Assembly: GCA_973895155.1 (NCBI GenBank)
Contig: OZ316897.1
Coordinates: forward strand, 1-64,000
Length of the DNA stretch: 64,000 nt
Source of the DNA: Marsupella aquatica
Taxonomy: Eukaryota > Plantae > Marchantiophyta
Direction of reading: 5' to 3'
In this document: in pieces, positions 24,575-38,618 of the stretch
How the letters are laid out: each line of letters opens with the position of its first letter
How positions within the stretch are numbered: position 1 is the first letter of the stretch
Program-made: the position numbers and the translations under genes
Notes under the pieces: generated by a model
Database searches by the model: none
Seen by the model: the letters and a program-made list of their open reading frames with translations, nothing else
Told to the model about the DNA's origin: nothing

Positions 24575-27500
24575 GGCCGTTTCAGCCAATTCTTTTGATG
24601 CTTCAATCAACCGAGTGGTTGTTGCACCTCACTGGTCACGTCAAGTGAACTACTGTACTAGCTACTGCGTTTATGTCCACTAAGGCCTCTGGTGGCTGGT
24701 CGAGTAGAACTCCCACACCAATAATGAACCTGTTAGCCGAAGCCCGCCACGAAGTTGTTAGGGGATCGGGACCAAAAGGCTGAGGGCAGCGCCCTATTCT
24801 ACCCAAAACGCCACTTTTGGAACTTTTTTAAGTAGTACACATTGCGCCTGTTTTTTTCTCCACTTCCTGCTGCAACTTTTTAGGTTTTGTGATTAGACTG
24901 CCTCGCCGCCATCAAAGCTTAACATTGGGCCTTGTAGACTGTTCGAGACTGCCAGCTGATTTCTCCAAAGGGTCGCCGCTATAGCTTCTCCAAGAGAACG
25001 AATGCCACTGCAGCTTCCCCAGCAGAGGGTGGTCAAAAATCTGGATCACGTCCCATAGCCTGTCCACCTTGCTCCAAGCACTCATAGAGTCTTGAGTTTA
25101 CGCTGTGTGCACATTGTGCTCCCCGTAAAATTTTGTCATTTCGCGCGCGCGGCGACTTGGACTTGGTTCCTCACAATCGCGCATGCGTGGAACTTGTGAT
25201 TGCTCTGTTATAAAGACTTTCAACAAAGTTTAACTACAAAATCAATTACGTGTCCAAGTTCGTCTGTAACTGCGGGGCTATTGCCTTTGCTTCCCACAAT
25301 ACCGTGATCTCCTTGTTAATCTTAACAAGAGCATCTACACATCTCTTAGCATGTACCCAACTCTTAGCATCTACATAACTCTTAGCATCTACGCAAGTCT
25401 TCGTTTCCATTGGCAACCATTTCCACTGTGCAACGACCTGCCGAGCAGTACCTCCAGGAATTTGGTATAACAATTGTAAGAGAAGGCCAGACATCATAGC
25501 CCCTTGAGCGTGCACCTCGGGATCTCCTGGGGGGACATCCATAGAAGGAGATCCTTCTTTCAATTGGAGAAGAGGGCGTTGAGTGCGGTTCTCGTTGATC
25601 CCTTCCCTTCACTGGGGCGAACGGATGAGGGTCTCTACGACAACTCAATGCAGTTCTAAAGATTGTCGACAACCCAACAATTGAAAGAGGAATATAATCT
25701 CGATCTGTGGGAATGAGCCCGTCCTTCCAACTTCTTGACATGCCTGGCCAAAGAGCTTGATCGATTAACAGAGTCACTGGCCTGCTATATATCAAAACCT
25801 TTCATGGTAGTGATTGTCATTCAATCCAGCCATTCATCCAGAGCTAGAGACCTTGCAGTGGGCACTACTAGTACGTAGTTGGACAGCTACAAGATACGGA
25901 TGTTACATGCTGTTGCTTGAGCATTTAGACAGTGTTTGGTCACTTTAGTCTCTAGAAGATATGAATGGTCTTGTTGCTCGCAGAAAATCTAGTCTCTACT
26001 TTAGATAGTGATAATACCTAGGTTAGCATGTTCTAAGTTCTTTGTAGTTATTGGCGGCTTGATCAGGAATTTTCGATAGTGATAATACCTAGGTTAGCAT
26101 AATTTCTGAATCTTTGTAGTTATTCGGAACTCAGGAATGTTGGCTCAGTCTTTGGTCTTCAAATGGTATTTCTCTGGTTTTCTCCCCTTTTGTGTGTCTC
26201 ATTTAGTTGAGATCCTCTGTCTCTTCTCCCCTCTTGTGTGTCTCATTTAGTTGAGATCCTGTATCAGCTTCTCCCCGTTTTGGGGGGTCATGTAATTGGG
26301 ATCCTGTCCCTTCTCCCCTTTATTGGGTCTCATCCACAGATTTGGCTCATTTTGTTCTTTGGTAGAGTGATTCATTTCCATTTGGACCCTCATTAGATGT
26401 ATGTAAGCTAACGGAACATATTAAACAAATGGGACCTTCCTGTGGGCAAAAACCTATTGGGACCACATGTGAACCTTGTCCTCTATCTAGTACCCATTGT
26501 TGCTTCTTTCTTGCAGTTATTTTTCATCATTTTGTTACTGATAACAATTAATAAATTGAGCTCAAAATAATTGATTTAATTAACCTTTGCTGTGTTTGCA
26601 TTTCCTTTCTAAATCACTTAAGCTGAGGGTAAAGTTTAGGGTTTAGGGTTTAGTTTATCTCTATAATTTGCTTTACTCCATTGTACTTTGTTTGGCCTTT
26701 TTCAGGAAATTGGTCCTTAGTTTTCTTAAATGTACTTCTTCCTCGTTTTCTATTTTAGTAAGGTCTCAATGTGGGGAGAGTTTTGTAGATCAATGAACTT
26801 AGAAAGTTTGTCTCTGCTTTGGAGCAATGTCGGCTTAATTTACAGCAGGGGAGTGTGAGTTCTTTGACAGTACTGGTCTAAGTATCCAAAATGTTAGATT
26901 CCCCTCAACAGACCCTACATGTGATCACACATTGAGACTTCACCCCTGGCTGCCTCTCACCAATATGTGCAACGTGCACTATATATATAAATTAACACAC
27001 TTAGAATCAACTACTGTAGAAAGTTTAGGGTTTAGGGTTTACTAATGATTTCTTACTAATTTTCCATTTCTAGTGATGCCCATCTTGCAGTCTTATGTAA
27101 ACTGTCAGTGAAATAAGTGTCACTCCCCCTATAAAAGAGGGGAGTAAGCCCATTCCCTTCAATTATCTGAGCTTTGCCTAAATACACACATTGCACTCAC
27201 CCATGGTGGAATGTAAGTTTATGGCATTCAAAGTCCAAACTCCAGTTTGACTGCAACCAGCTAAATTGTAGGGTGGACTCCCTTGCCAATTAACTGCTGA
27301 ACTTATTGTTGTTAGTTTAGCAAATGAGTAGCTAAACTATTCACTTAGTTTTCTCACTTTGATATCTTTTCCTCACTTTTACTCTTTCTCTCTCCTTGGT
27401 ATGTTTTCTCATGTCAACATCTTTTGTTCAACGCACGGGCATTGGTCTAGTTATAGATATGAATACTCCCTCAAATGCATAGCACAACAGAGTGCCCCAA

Positions 27501-30500
27501 AAGTGCAGAGATTTTGGTACTCTGGAGCTAGTCTGGATCTAGATATATCCTAATAACAAGGAACTGGCACTCCAGCTTGCTTTGATGAAAAAAGTCACAA
27601 TGCCATTACCTTCTTATAAATTTACCCTTGTACATTTTATTGTTCAAATTGTTGAACGATTCAAAGTGTAAGCTCATATGGGATCCCATCCGGGTCCCAT
27701 GCATCTAATCATTAAACTGTTAAACCCTTTCAAGGTATTATAAACACTTAATGAACACTCAACTATTATTTGATTCCTAACCATAACAATCTTTATGGTG
27801 CAACCTCTCGCCAAGTAATGAGTATCCACTGATTCCACCAGGCTACAAGTAGTCAATTCAGATTGGCGGCAGAAGAATAATCATTTTGCCTTGAGTAACT
27901 CTGAAGTGTGATTCATTTATGCCTGGTTTGGCCTTGATTTGTCATCCGTCACACCTGGTCATCCCGCCCCTATCCTGACACCGTCCCAACCTCATCCCAA
28001 CCCTATCCCAACCCCACCCGGTCCCAACCACACCCCGTAGGGCAACACGTAAACTTGCCCGTTAACTCAAACCGGGCATTTATCCCACACAAAGATCATC
28101 CAACCCCAGGGGCAGGTGAATAATCATTATGCATGGAGTAACTCTGGAATGTGACTCATTTCTGCCAAGGGAAGATCATCCAAACCCAAGGGAATGCAGC
28201 ACATTGAACATGGTCAGAACATTGAACTACACAAACAAGGAGGGAGCTCGACCTGTACTTGCTCTAGGTTGGTCTCCTAGTGGTGTTGGCTATGCTGATG
28301 AGGAAGAAGCCTGAAGCACTTGTTGCTGCAAGCTGCCTCTCTCCGGCCACAATTCCAGGATCCTGAAAATTAAGCTTCACACCCTGACTTGGGCGTATGC
28401 CCAGGTTGACATTTTCCCTCCCTATCATTCTTATTGTTCGGAGAACATGATTGACAGTGAGTTTTGAAGTAAATTCTGGTGTATTATCCTTTTCCTTTTA
28501 ATTAGTAGATATTTAAAAAGCAGAAGGGTTTGCAGAATTTATCACAAAGGACATGGTTACATTTCATTATATTGAGTTTATGATGGTTTTATTACATTTT
28601 GCTTTGAACTTTTTATTGAATACTCCACGTTTCTCAGATTGCACAAGGGGATCTGGTTGTTGGGATGACTTTGTGAGTGCAAAATCTACTTCCTTTAGTA
28701 GTTGGGAAGCTATCGGCCCTCTTTCACAAGATATTGCCTTACACGTCATTCAAAAGTAAGTTGGCTTCAAGCACTATTGTTGCCAATGATATGAAGCTCT
28801 ACATGCACTTGGACAAATGAGTTTCAGTTTCAGGTTTCTTGTCATTGTTTTTGGTCATCCTCAAGACACTAAATCCTTTTAGTGTTCTGTGCAGTGTCAT
28901 TCATGCCAACATTGTACAAATATTGAGGCGAGACCAAGGAAAGAACTGTACACTCCTTGGGACAAATCAATAGTAGATTTATGAAGGTGAGTACCTCAAC
29001 ATCAAAATTCCCCCTTTCTCCCCACCTACATGTTGAATTATTCATAAATCTAATGATAAAAATTACAACTTACGGCATTTCGGTACTCAGATCTGAAATG
29101 GTTCGTGTACTATTTGACCGGAATTGTAATATTTACTGAATTGGAATTAGAATAAAAAAATTCAGTGGATTTGTTTGCTATAGTGTGGGAAAATCTAAAA
29201 AAATTGAACACCATAAAATTAAAGTTTACACTTTATTGGATTCTTTGTTATAAAAACATTCTTGAACTGTTTGTTAGAAAAGTTCTTAAACTAAAGTCCT
29301 CAAGGTTTTGAAGGACAGTATTTTTGAATGGCTATGATCACAGATCTCACCTTTTGGACGTGGTTACAATTATCCCTATTTTCATTGCTCCCCATGTGAA
29401 TGAGGGTACTTTTATCTCCTGAGGGTACCCTTGTGCATGAGGGTACTCTTATCAGTGAGGGTACTCTTATCAATGTGGTACATTTATCAACGATGGTACT
29501 TAATTAGATCAATGAGGGTACCCTTATCAATGAGGGTACTCTTATCTCCTGAGGGTACCCTTGTGCTTGAGGGTACTCTTATCAACGAGGGTACTCTTAT
29601 CAGCGAGGGACTCTTATCAGCGAGGGTACTCTTATCAATGGGTACGCTTATCAACAATGGTACTTTGATCAGTGAGGGTACCCTTATCAATGAGGGTACT
29701 CTTATCTCCTGAGGGTACCCTTGCGTATGAGGGTACTCTTAAGTATCAATGAGGGTACTCTTATCAATGGGTACACTTATCAACAATGGTACTTTGATAA
29801 TGAGGGTAGTTACCCTTATCAGTGAGGGTACTCTTATCTCCTAAGGGTATCCTTGTGTTGGGCCTTGTCCATGAGGGTACTTTTATTAGTCATAGCAAGC
29901 AACGAAGCGGGCAGGGACCCCATGAAGGCGCCCTGCGCCGGTAGAAGGACTCCAAACGTACTGAAAAGACCCTAAACCTCACCGGACCAGCATTTTGGGT
30001 ATTGCAGGGACAAATACTGGCCGAAGTACATGCCTGAATTTACCTGCTCTATATTGGTTCCCTAAACCAGGGGTGATTTTTTTCATCAAATCCATACATT
30101 GTATCCTAGTTTTTTTCGCACATGATGTACAAACCTACATAATGTGAAAGTGGGGGAGAAGAAAAACAGCAAAAACCAAAGCAAGCAAAAAAAAATTCAG
30201 CTTTTTCCAGGAAGAAAAAAAAACTTCACCGTCAAGGGGGAAGGAAAAAAAACTCCAGCTTCAGGCGCTAGGGAAAAAAACTTGAGGAAGGGCAGGGAAG
30301 GAAAAACAATTTGAGCTTCAGGAAAGGGAAACTTTAAGATTTTAGACGATAGGAAAACTTCAGGTAAGAGTCAAATGTTTTTTTGTAGTATTTGTAAATT
30401 AGAGTCAGGAGTTTTGAACGTATCTATTCTCTTCGGTGAATTTGTTTTGGCTACCTTGTTCCCTAGAAAGGCAAGCATTGTGCATCGGTTGAAGTGCAAA

Positions 30501-33500
30501 GAAGATAGGACGGTATTTTCTTTCCTGGGTATCGATCAATAGACACGTTATTTAAATATGGGGTACCATTTATTCTAGTAAACAATTCTCTCATTACATT
30601 CAATATAAATGGACCCTAAACTCCCCCTGCCCCATTCTGGTCTGGTCTAGTTTTACTCCTCGACACCTCCGTATCTATTTCATACTCAGATTATACATTT
30701 TCATTTTTACCATCAACCCTAGATTTTCAGAACCTAGAAGCGACGTGTGAGGCGCACTTCACACAAATCAAAATTTATTTTCCCCAGTCCCACATGACCT
30801 GCCAATTTTCCCTCACACTGGACACTTACATCTAGATAAAAAAACACTACTCAAATGGATGGCTGTATGACATAACAAATGTGTTGTACAACTCCTCATT
30901 TGTGGCCGAAAACTCATTTGTGGCCGAAGACTGTTGGTGTAACAAACAATCTTCCTACTTTACCTGACCTGCATGATTACATCATTTCGTCACGTTTATA
31001 GTCTTGTGTCCATGTATGTAAAACCCCACATTTTTACAGCCCAGCTTAGTACATTCCTTAATACATTCATTTGTACTTTAATTATGATTATTAGATTACC
31101 CCGGCATTTGCTTCGTATCTATGTGTAGGATTACCCCAGCTTTGTATCCATGGGTGTGGCCAATTTCCAAACATTAACCTTACTAGTACTTTATTGATTA
31201 TAAGATTACCCCGGCTTGCGTTTCGTATCCTTGTGTAGGATTACCCCGGCTTTTGTATTCATGTGTATGGCACAAATCCTAAACATTAATTAATGTATAT
31301 TTATTGATGGATAAGATTACCCCAACTTTCGTATCCGTGTGTATGGCACAATATCCTAAGATTAACTTGTCTAGTACATTGCTTTGTGATTGGATTACCC
31401 CGAGGTTCGGATGTATTCCTAACATTAACCTTAGTTGTACATTACTCGATTATTAGATTACCCTAGCTTGTGCATGATATCCACGTATATGGCCCAATTT
31501 CCTAAATAATATGAACCATAATACCACATTACATGACCTCAACTTTTGTATCTCTTACTGACAATGGCCATTTATCATGTAAACAGTGTCAACAGTGTGT
31601 GGTTTTCTCAGAATACTCTAAACCCTAAACCTTGTTCCTTTTCTTTCAATAGTGTTGTGTGGGTTTATCAGAATACTTGGCCTTTACAGATGAACACCTT
31701 TTAAGATTAAGAGTGTACCAAGGGTTAGCGCGAGGTGCAATACAATGCCCACAACAAGATAGATTAGGCAATTCAACCATACTACCCTGCTGTGCCTGTT
31801 TGTTCCCGAAAAAACCTTCACCCATACTGGAAGGTTGCCCATTCAACCTCCTTATAGTAGCAGACTGAACAGAAATCATCACAACTAATCCAAAAACGCA
31901 GACTACTAGACAGTACAGTGAGTACTTCTGATTATTATACAGTAAGAGTGTGTGTGGTCAGTGATGATGTGGTTTGTCAATAGCTTCTCATCCCACTTTA
32001 TAAAAACAACAGTGAGGACAGTCTGACCAGCACCGCATTTCTTCATTAATGAACATGTCTGTTTACGGTAGTCCACAAAACAAGACATTCCACTCGTAAA
32101 CAAAATAAGACATTCCACTTAGAGCAGCATTGCTCTCCTATTGTTCAACTAAAACCCTAAAACCCTAAACTTATCAAAGTGGCTTCAACTGTGGCTGTGC
32201 GTTATAGAATACCCCCATCCCATGTACCCCCCTTCACCTTCAATACTGTAATTTTGATACGTAAAGACTTTCGTGGCTTTTCTCTTTGTATATTTGAGTG
32301 CATTAATTCTCCATAATGCACCCCTTTTTTTGAGGAGGGGATTATACAAAACACCTACCTGATACTAACACAATATCTATGAATAGAATCTAATATAACT
32401 AAAGAAGGTATATTTTTGGCCAATTCCATAGCAACCACTTCTTGGATGACCCTTTAATTTGAATTTTCTATTTCAGGGATTCACTTTTTCTTGTTTGTTA
32501 CCAAAAAGTCACTCAAGTTTTTACGTACATTAAATGTCCTAGTTACGAGCATTATATCCCACAATGCCCTCTAACCAGGACATTATCCTATTAATACCCT
32601 TCAGAGCACATGGGCATTAATTTGCATTACCCCAGCCCATGGTGGCTGTGCATTTTAGAATACCCCATCCCTCATACCCCCCAACCTTCAAAATACTGTA
32701 ATTTGATACATACATACCCTTCGGAGCACATTGGCACTTGCATTACCCCAACACATGGTGGCTGTGCGTTTTGGAATACCCCATCCCTCGTAACCCCCAA
32801 CCTTCAAAATACTGTAATTTGAAACATACATACCCATCTGAGCACATGGGCATTTCCCACGTCCAAAATTTTGTATCTCATTTCCCACGTCCAAAATTGA
32901 ATGGTGACACATTTGATGCTAACGGAGTTTAAAGGTTTCAACATGAAAGCTATGGGAGTCTACGGTTTAACCGGAAATGTTATGGGAGCCTCCACTTTAA
33001 CCGGAAATGTTGTGGGAGTCCATATGCTGAAACTTGGAGACATACCATGTATCGCATGTGAGACACAGCCTTTACATAAGAGTGTTGTATGGTGGGTTGG
33101 ACAGTGAAGGCGATTTGGGTCCTAGGAGTGTCTGAATGGAGTTGCAACACAGATGGAGGTGAGTAGCAAGGCATGGATACCGCAACCATGGATGTTGTAC
33201 AGAAGAGAAGCTCCATCACTGCACACTCAGCCTGAAACCACGCCACGCCACTGCCACCAGTAAGCATAAAAAACGCAACCATTCGGAAATGCCTTCGCTC
33301 GAAGACTGCATCCGACAGTGAATGACTCTAATCCATCACTTGCTGCAATTATTGACGATGTCAGTACGCCATCCAAGCGATGCAAGATTCAAGATGCAGA
33401 TTGAAGGGAATTTGGAGGTGGCGAGCACAGTCAAGGACCAGATTGAAGGCCAGCGACAGGAATTCTCGAAGGCCAATGCTTCCCGACCAAAATACCGACC

Positions 33501-33984
33501 CAACAATAATGCAGAAGGGAATTTGAAGGTGACGAGCACATTAAGGAACCAGATTGAAGGCTGGTACAAGAATTCTAGAAGCATTGACCAAGCTTTGTTT
33601 CCTTTGTATTTCTCACGAACCCAAATTGAATGGTGACACTTTTGATGCTAACGGAGTCCAATGGTTTCAACATGAATGTTATAGCTGCAAAAGACTTTTA
33701 TTGGAAATGTTATGGGAGTGCGGGACTACAAGTGAGTCACAATGAATGCTGGTGGTGTATGAACACTTAAAAAATAATGTTATGGGAGCCTACGGCAACC
33801 ACCCGTAAGTCACCCTAATCAATACTAGTGGAGTTTAAAGGTTTTAATAATAATGTTGTGGGAGTCCAAATAATGAAACGTTGAGACCGTGCACTGCATG
33901 TAGGAGACCATGCACCGCGCTCCCTAAATACCCTGAAATGGCCTGAAGACCGGCCTCATTGCACGCGCTGTGCAGAGAAGATAT
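24575..33984 (+). repeat. Segmental duplication, block A copy 2
   Basis: Near-identical to 1984-11346. Preceded by non-telomeric ...GAGATTGT. Confidence 0.97.
29396..29890 (+). repeat. GAGGGTACTCTTATCA minisatellite, copy 2
   Basis: Same array as 6801-7290, with unit gain and loss near its 3' part. Confidence 0.9.
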
Positions 33985-34705
33985 TACAGGAACGTACCTT
34001 AGTCGATAGCAGGATCGACCCCGGCTTAAGGGCTTCTAAGCCTTCGTGCTGTCCGCCTTCGATCCGGATTCGATGATACAGGTCCTCAACCCGTGCTCGC
34101 AACCACTTACCCGCAGGCTGCACCCTGTGCACGTCTCGGGTAGTGCGTTCGGCCTGGCGCTGCCACCCATATACGGGAAACCCACACACATATGCGCACA
34201 CATGCATACAATCTCGATTTACACGAAGGAAAATGATGGGAAAGGATTTTACTACAAAGGGAACATATGCGTACACTTAGTTGACACGACAGCCCTGGAA
34301 TGCACAGGTTCAAGGCCGAGGGTGCACACTACAACGGAGCCCGGCTCCGCACTCGCCCGGCGAGCTTAGTCCTACCCCCTCCCCTTGGTACTCTGTCATT
34401 CCCAGAGGTCGGGACTCCCCGCATGTCCCACGGATGTCCGACTCTGAAACTAAAAACCCCCCCTGCCTCTACCGAGGGGTGCACTAAATACTAAGAGCTG
34501 AGGAACGGGGTGTCCTCTCGCCGAAGATTCGCTGACTAAGGTCCTAACTAAGCTGACAGTCAGGCCGGAAGACGGCTGTGTCTTATTAGAAGATCCTAAT
34601 CTACGCAGGCTGGACAGCAGGGCAGCGCTGCTGTACCTAAGGCAGGTGCCTGTCCCAAGAGCCTGACTAAGCCAATCCTAATCCTAATCTATTCCTACTC
34701 CGCCG

Positions 34706-37354
34706 CTAATGCCTGGCACGCTTGCCAGAGCCGCCCGAATGGGAACGGCCATCCCGCTGCCTTCGAAGCCTGTCATTGTCCGCTTTGAGGAGCTAGACCT
34801 GGTCCAGCAGAGATTCGTTCTCTCGCCTCGACGCGTCCGTCTCCTCTGCTGCCTCCTGACATGCCTCCTCCAGCTGCTGGGCGTCGCTCGTCAGTTTACT
34901 CGCCAGCTGGTCCTGCTTCTCGGCCTCGGTTTGGAGCCGCGCCATCTCGGCCTGCAGCGTGGCTATCTCCATCGCGTCCCGCTGGGCTCGCTCCTCGGCT
35001 TCCTCCAGGTCTTTCTGCCAGGTGACAGCTTGTTTCTTCAAACTGTCAATCTGGTTCCGGAGTCGTGTAATCTTGGCCTCGTTCCCAGCTTTGGCCTGTT
35101 CGGCTAGGGCGGTAAGAGCGTACGCCTTTGCTAACAACTCATCGGCGGCTGCAACCTTGGGTCATAGTTGCAGAAGCTCAGCCTCTTGAGCCGCCACTTC
35201 ATTCTTTAGGTACACGGACTCCACCCGGTACCGCTCTATCCTCTGAAGGGCCTCCGACTGGGCCCGACCTGCCTTTACGGCGGCAACCAACTCCTGATTG
35301 AAGAAACAGGCTACCTTCCGGGCCATGAACTCCCCGGTATCCCGGGCAATTTGATGAGAGAAATCTCCCAGAAGCCCGTTCAGAAACATACCCTGTACGA
35401 AGAGTTCCGGGTGGTCCAAGTTGTGCCTGTCCGGATTTGGGCACGGGCAGACATCAACACGCGCAGGGGCCGGGGCAGTGACGTCCAGCCCTGGGGACAT
35501 AACGTTGGAAGGGGCTAGAGTGTCCTCCTGCAGCGATGTCCGGTTCTCCGGAATTGCCACCGGCGGGTCCTTGGGAGACCCGGGTTCGGGTAAGACCTCT
35601 GCCGTACCAACTTCTGTACTTAGCCCGGCTAGTTGGGTCGCATCAACGGTTGCGACGACCGACCCCTCCGGCGCCTCCTCGGTTACGATTACAGCTATTT
35701 GTGGAGGTGGGGTGGGTGAAGCTGGCGTGTCCACTGGACTTCGGGCCTCAGGTTGGGGCCGTCTCTCCAATGCCGGAAAAACCCACCTAGCTGGGACCAG
35801 CTTTGTAACGTTGATGCGGGGAAGGGTTCGTCGATCAAACCGGGCGTACCACTCAAGAATGATTTCGATGTGGCTAGCGAAATACGCCTTCCCACCAATG
35901 TACAGCGTCTTCCTTCGCCGCTCCATCTCTTCATGGAATTTCTTAGCGAAGTACGACGTCCATTTCCTAGGTCGATAGTTCTCGACCTGGATAACCTGGG
36001 CGGCGGAGATCTCCCCCCGGGGTTCCATCATGTGGAGAGCGTACCTCTGGAACTCCAGCCGCTCAGCTATCTCGGGCATGAGGCAGGTCCTCATCACGAA
36101 CCCGTTGTCTACTGATCCCTCTGAGGGAAAACTTGAAGATTGGTACTTGGCCCCCTTGCCCCCGGGAGCCCGTGATTCGACTCGATGGTCACCTTCGGGT
36201 AACCCGAAGATCATCTTGAGCCGTTCTTCTGTGAGGGACATATTCCTTCCCCGCAGCCGAGTCTGTTGACGTACGTCGTCATAATTCTTGACGAATTCTG
36301 TCATGTCCTCCCCGTAGTACCTGCAAGTGTTCCAGGGGAGAGAGGCGAGGTGCTCAAATCCCTGAGTCTTCAGGTACACCGCATGCTTGGGATGGAGGAT
36401 GTTGCTGTGAACGTTTTCCCCCATGCGATGCATCGTCACCTTGGCTACGGCTACCGTGGCCAACGGTAACCCGGATGCAGTGGCGGATTCCTTCCTCTTC
36501 TTTCCCTGTGACTGACTCGGGGAAGGTGATACTTCCCCATCCTCCCGATCGGGCCTGGGGAGTGCCACTGCGGTTGGTAACGGGCCCGGGGCGGCCACGG
36601 TCACCATGTTGTCTGCTGGGGCCGCTCCTGGGGTCAGAGCAGGGGGTGGGGACGATATAGTGTCGGCCCCCCGAGCGCTTGTTCCTCTGGGCCGCCTGGT
36701 CAAGGGTGGGGTAGCCTCGTCGTCATCGCTAAGATCCACAGCGTTGATGACGGAGCGTACCTGTGCTGGCTGGGTGATAGGTGGTGGGGTTTGGCTAGGC
36801 TGCGGCTGAGGCCGAGGCTGAGGTTGCATGGGCACGGGTACGGGCACGGGTACGGGTACGGGTACGGGCCCGGCTGAGTTGGTCATGTTGGTTGATGGCC
36901 GAGTTCCCATGAAGCTCTGCAGGTGCTGGTAGAAGTTCTCCGAAGCGAGTGCGGGCGCCCTTGTTGAACGGTTGGTACTGGACTCGCCGTTAATGACAGC
37001 CCGAACCTGGGCAGGGATGTGGTCGAAGTGATGTCGCTGCAGGTCGATTGTACCCGGGATATTGAAGACCTCGTCCGGAAGCCGAAGCAATGCTTCCCAG
37101 AACCCGATATATTTGTCTCCGTTGAAGAAGTACCCAGATACCTCAGCTGGTCGGTAAAGCTCGCTCTGAGAGGGGTAGTCAAAGTTAAGGACGTAGTGGT
37201 GTCGTCCTGCTAGGCGGATGGCTCTCTCGTATTCGCGTTCGATCTCGTATCGGCGTGGGTTGGCGTGTTTCAATGAATCGGCCAAGTGCCTTCCGGTAGA
37301 TAGGAACTGCGTCCAGAATCGAATGGCCGAGCTGGAGAGGATCATGTGCGACAT
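34706..37354 (-). pseudogene. Element-encoded protein of about 880 aa (novel N-terminal domain, Pro-rich linker, transposon accessory-like domain, coiled coil) with two in-frame stops
   Basis: ORFs 35162-37354 and 34793-35137 share one frame that continues to 34706. Core GFEHLASLPW...EFVKNYD...LRGRNMSLTEERLKMIFGLP aligns by eye with element 1. Confidence 0.8.
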
Positions 37355-37451
37355 TCAGAGGAGATAGTAGTGGCGACCTAGAGAGAACGAGAGAGCTGGG
37401 GTCGAAGCTGGCGCGCGGACTGATGGACTGGTGCACTACAAAGGGTTGGCT

Positions 37452-37462
37452 CCCCTTTTATA
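37452..37462 (-). promoter_or_regulatory. TATA box (TATAAAAGGGG) about 100 nt upstream of the element-2 ORF
   Basis: LTR-promoter-like TATAAAAGGG about 360 nt from the TG terminus, followed by a CT-rich leader and the ATG at 37354. Confidence 0.55.
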
Positions 37463-37919
37463 CTTTGAGGGCTTGTCGATCCCCGACGTCTCCTCGACGC
37501 CCATAGGTTGAACCGCTCACGCTTGTGGTGTACCGGCCACTCCGCCGGTCTGAGTCAGCGTGCGTCAGTGGCCGCTTCCTTAAGTTCGTTATACGGACCC
37601 GAGGGAGGGGCCCCTCCACACTCGTAACCCGGGTGTGCGAATAGCGACCCGCCGCCAGCCCGAACCTGGAGTCCCCCTTATTGCCTAATGATGTCCTACC
37701 CCTAATGATTACCTAAATACTGTCGTTATGCTAATAATAGCGGCCTAAGACCCACCTAACGCGCGTGCCGAGCGCAGTTAGACTGAATCACTCATTAACC
37801 GCCGTACCGGCGGCGTCACAGACGGGTACAAAGGAAGATAGCAGGAGAGCTAGAACTATAATGCGACAGAAGTGGCAGTAAGTTAATTTGAAGGCTGCTT
37901 TCACGCTCTATCAAAAAAT

Positions 37920-38618
37920 ATGAAAAAGTTTTGTCTTGGTATGGACATCCAACGACAACTGCTCCAAAGATCTCCTCTCAAGGCACTTGACAAACATGCC
38001 GTAGTGAATGACTACAAAGCAAACTTTGACCCGTGTAACCAACCAGACTTCAAGCAGTTGGCATCTATCTACATCAAATGGGGCGACCCGGTGATCTATG
38101 AATTTATCAAGTTCATTGAGGCGTCGGTGGGTAAATTTACTCGGGCTAAGCTAGCCTCCAATATTGAGCATCATCACATTTCAGCTCTGGTGGAATCCAC
38201 ACTCAAGATTTTCCCAACGGCTTAGTGACTCCGAGGTGTCTACTATCCTCTTCGACTACGTGGGCAGGAATCTGCGGTCAGTGTTGTTTTTGCTTCTCCT
38301 ACAGGCACTTACCGGCCGCGTGTTCTACATCACGGCCCCATTATTTTGACAACCTGGTAACACAATTCAACATTCGTGAAGCAAGAACTCAACATCCCAC
38401 ACATCAAAAGGAACGGCCGGATCACGTGGTCCTACAAGTGTGCCAAGGGGTGGAGTATAAGGCAAGGCAGAAGGCAGCTTTTTGGCAGGCGTAGGCTGAG
38501 GAGCAGCAACAACGGGAGGAAGCTAAATTACAACACCTGGCATTACGGGCCCAAGAGTTTGAGGCGGATCGGGCATAGACCCAGGTGTGGATTAACATTG
38601 AGTCTAGAGAGTAAATAA
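37920..38618 (+). pseudogene. Degenerate coding remnant of unknown family
   Basis: Protein-like 101-aa ORF with overlapping frameshifted continuations, lying between element 2 and the third 1.1-kb unit. No motif recognised. Confidence 0.3.

Larger units (their letters stand above)
33982..37820 (-). mobile_element. Protein-coding solo-LTR-like element, member 2 (about 3.8 kb, minus orientation)
   Basis: The minus-strand 5' end TGTGACGCC matches TGTGATGCC of element 1. The other end reads TATTACAGG on + (possibly mutated TGTTAC). GC-rich relative to its flanks and carries a homologous long ORF. No TSD; the left junction appears rearranged. Confidence 0.7.

Noticed and set aside
24575-33984. 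Block A duplication as an assembly artefact
   Set aside because: The copies differ by SNPs, minisatellite units and the telomeric patch, and have different flanks. Haplotype mis-stacking is not fully excluded without reads.
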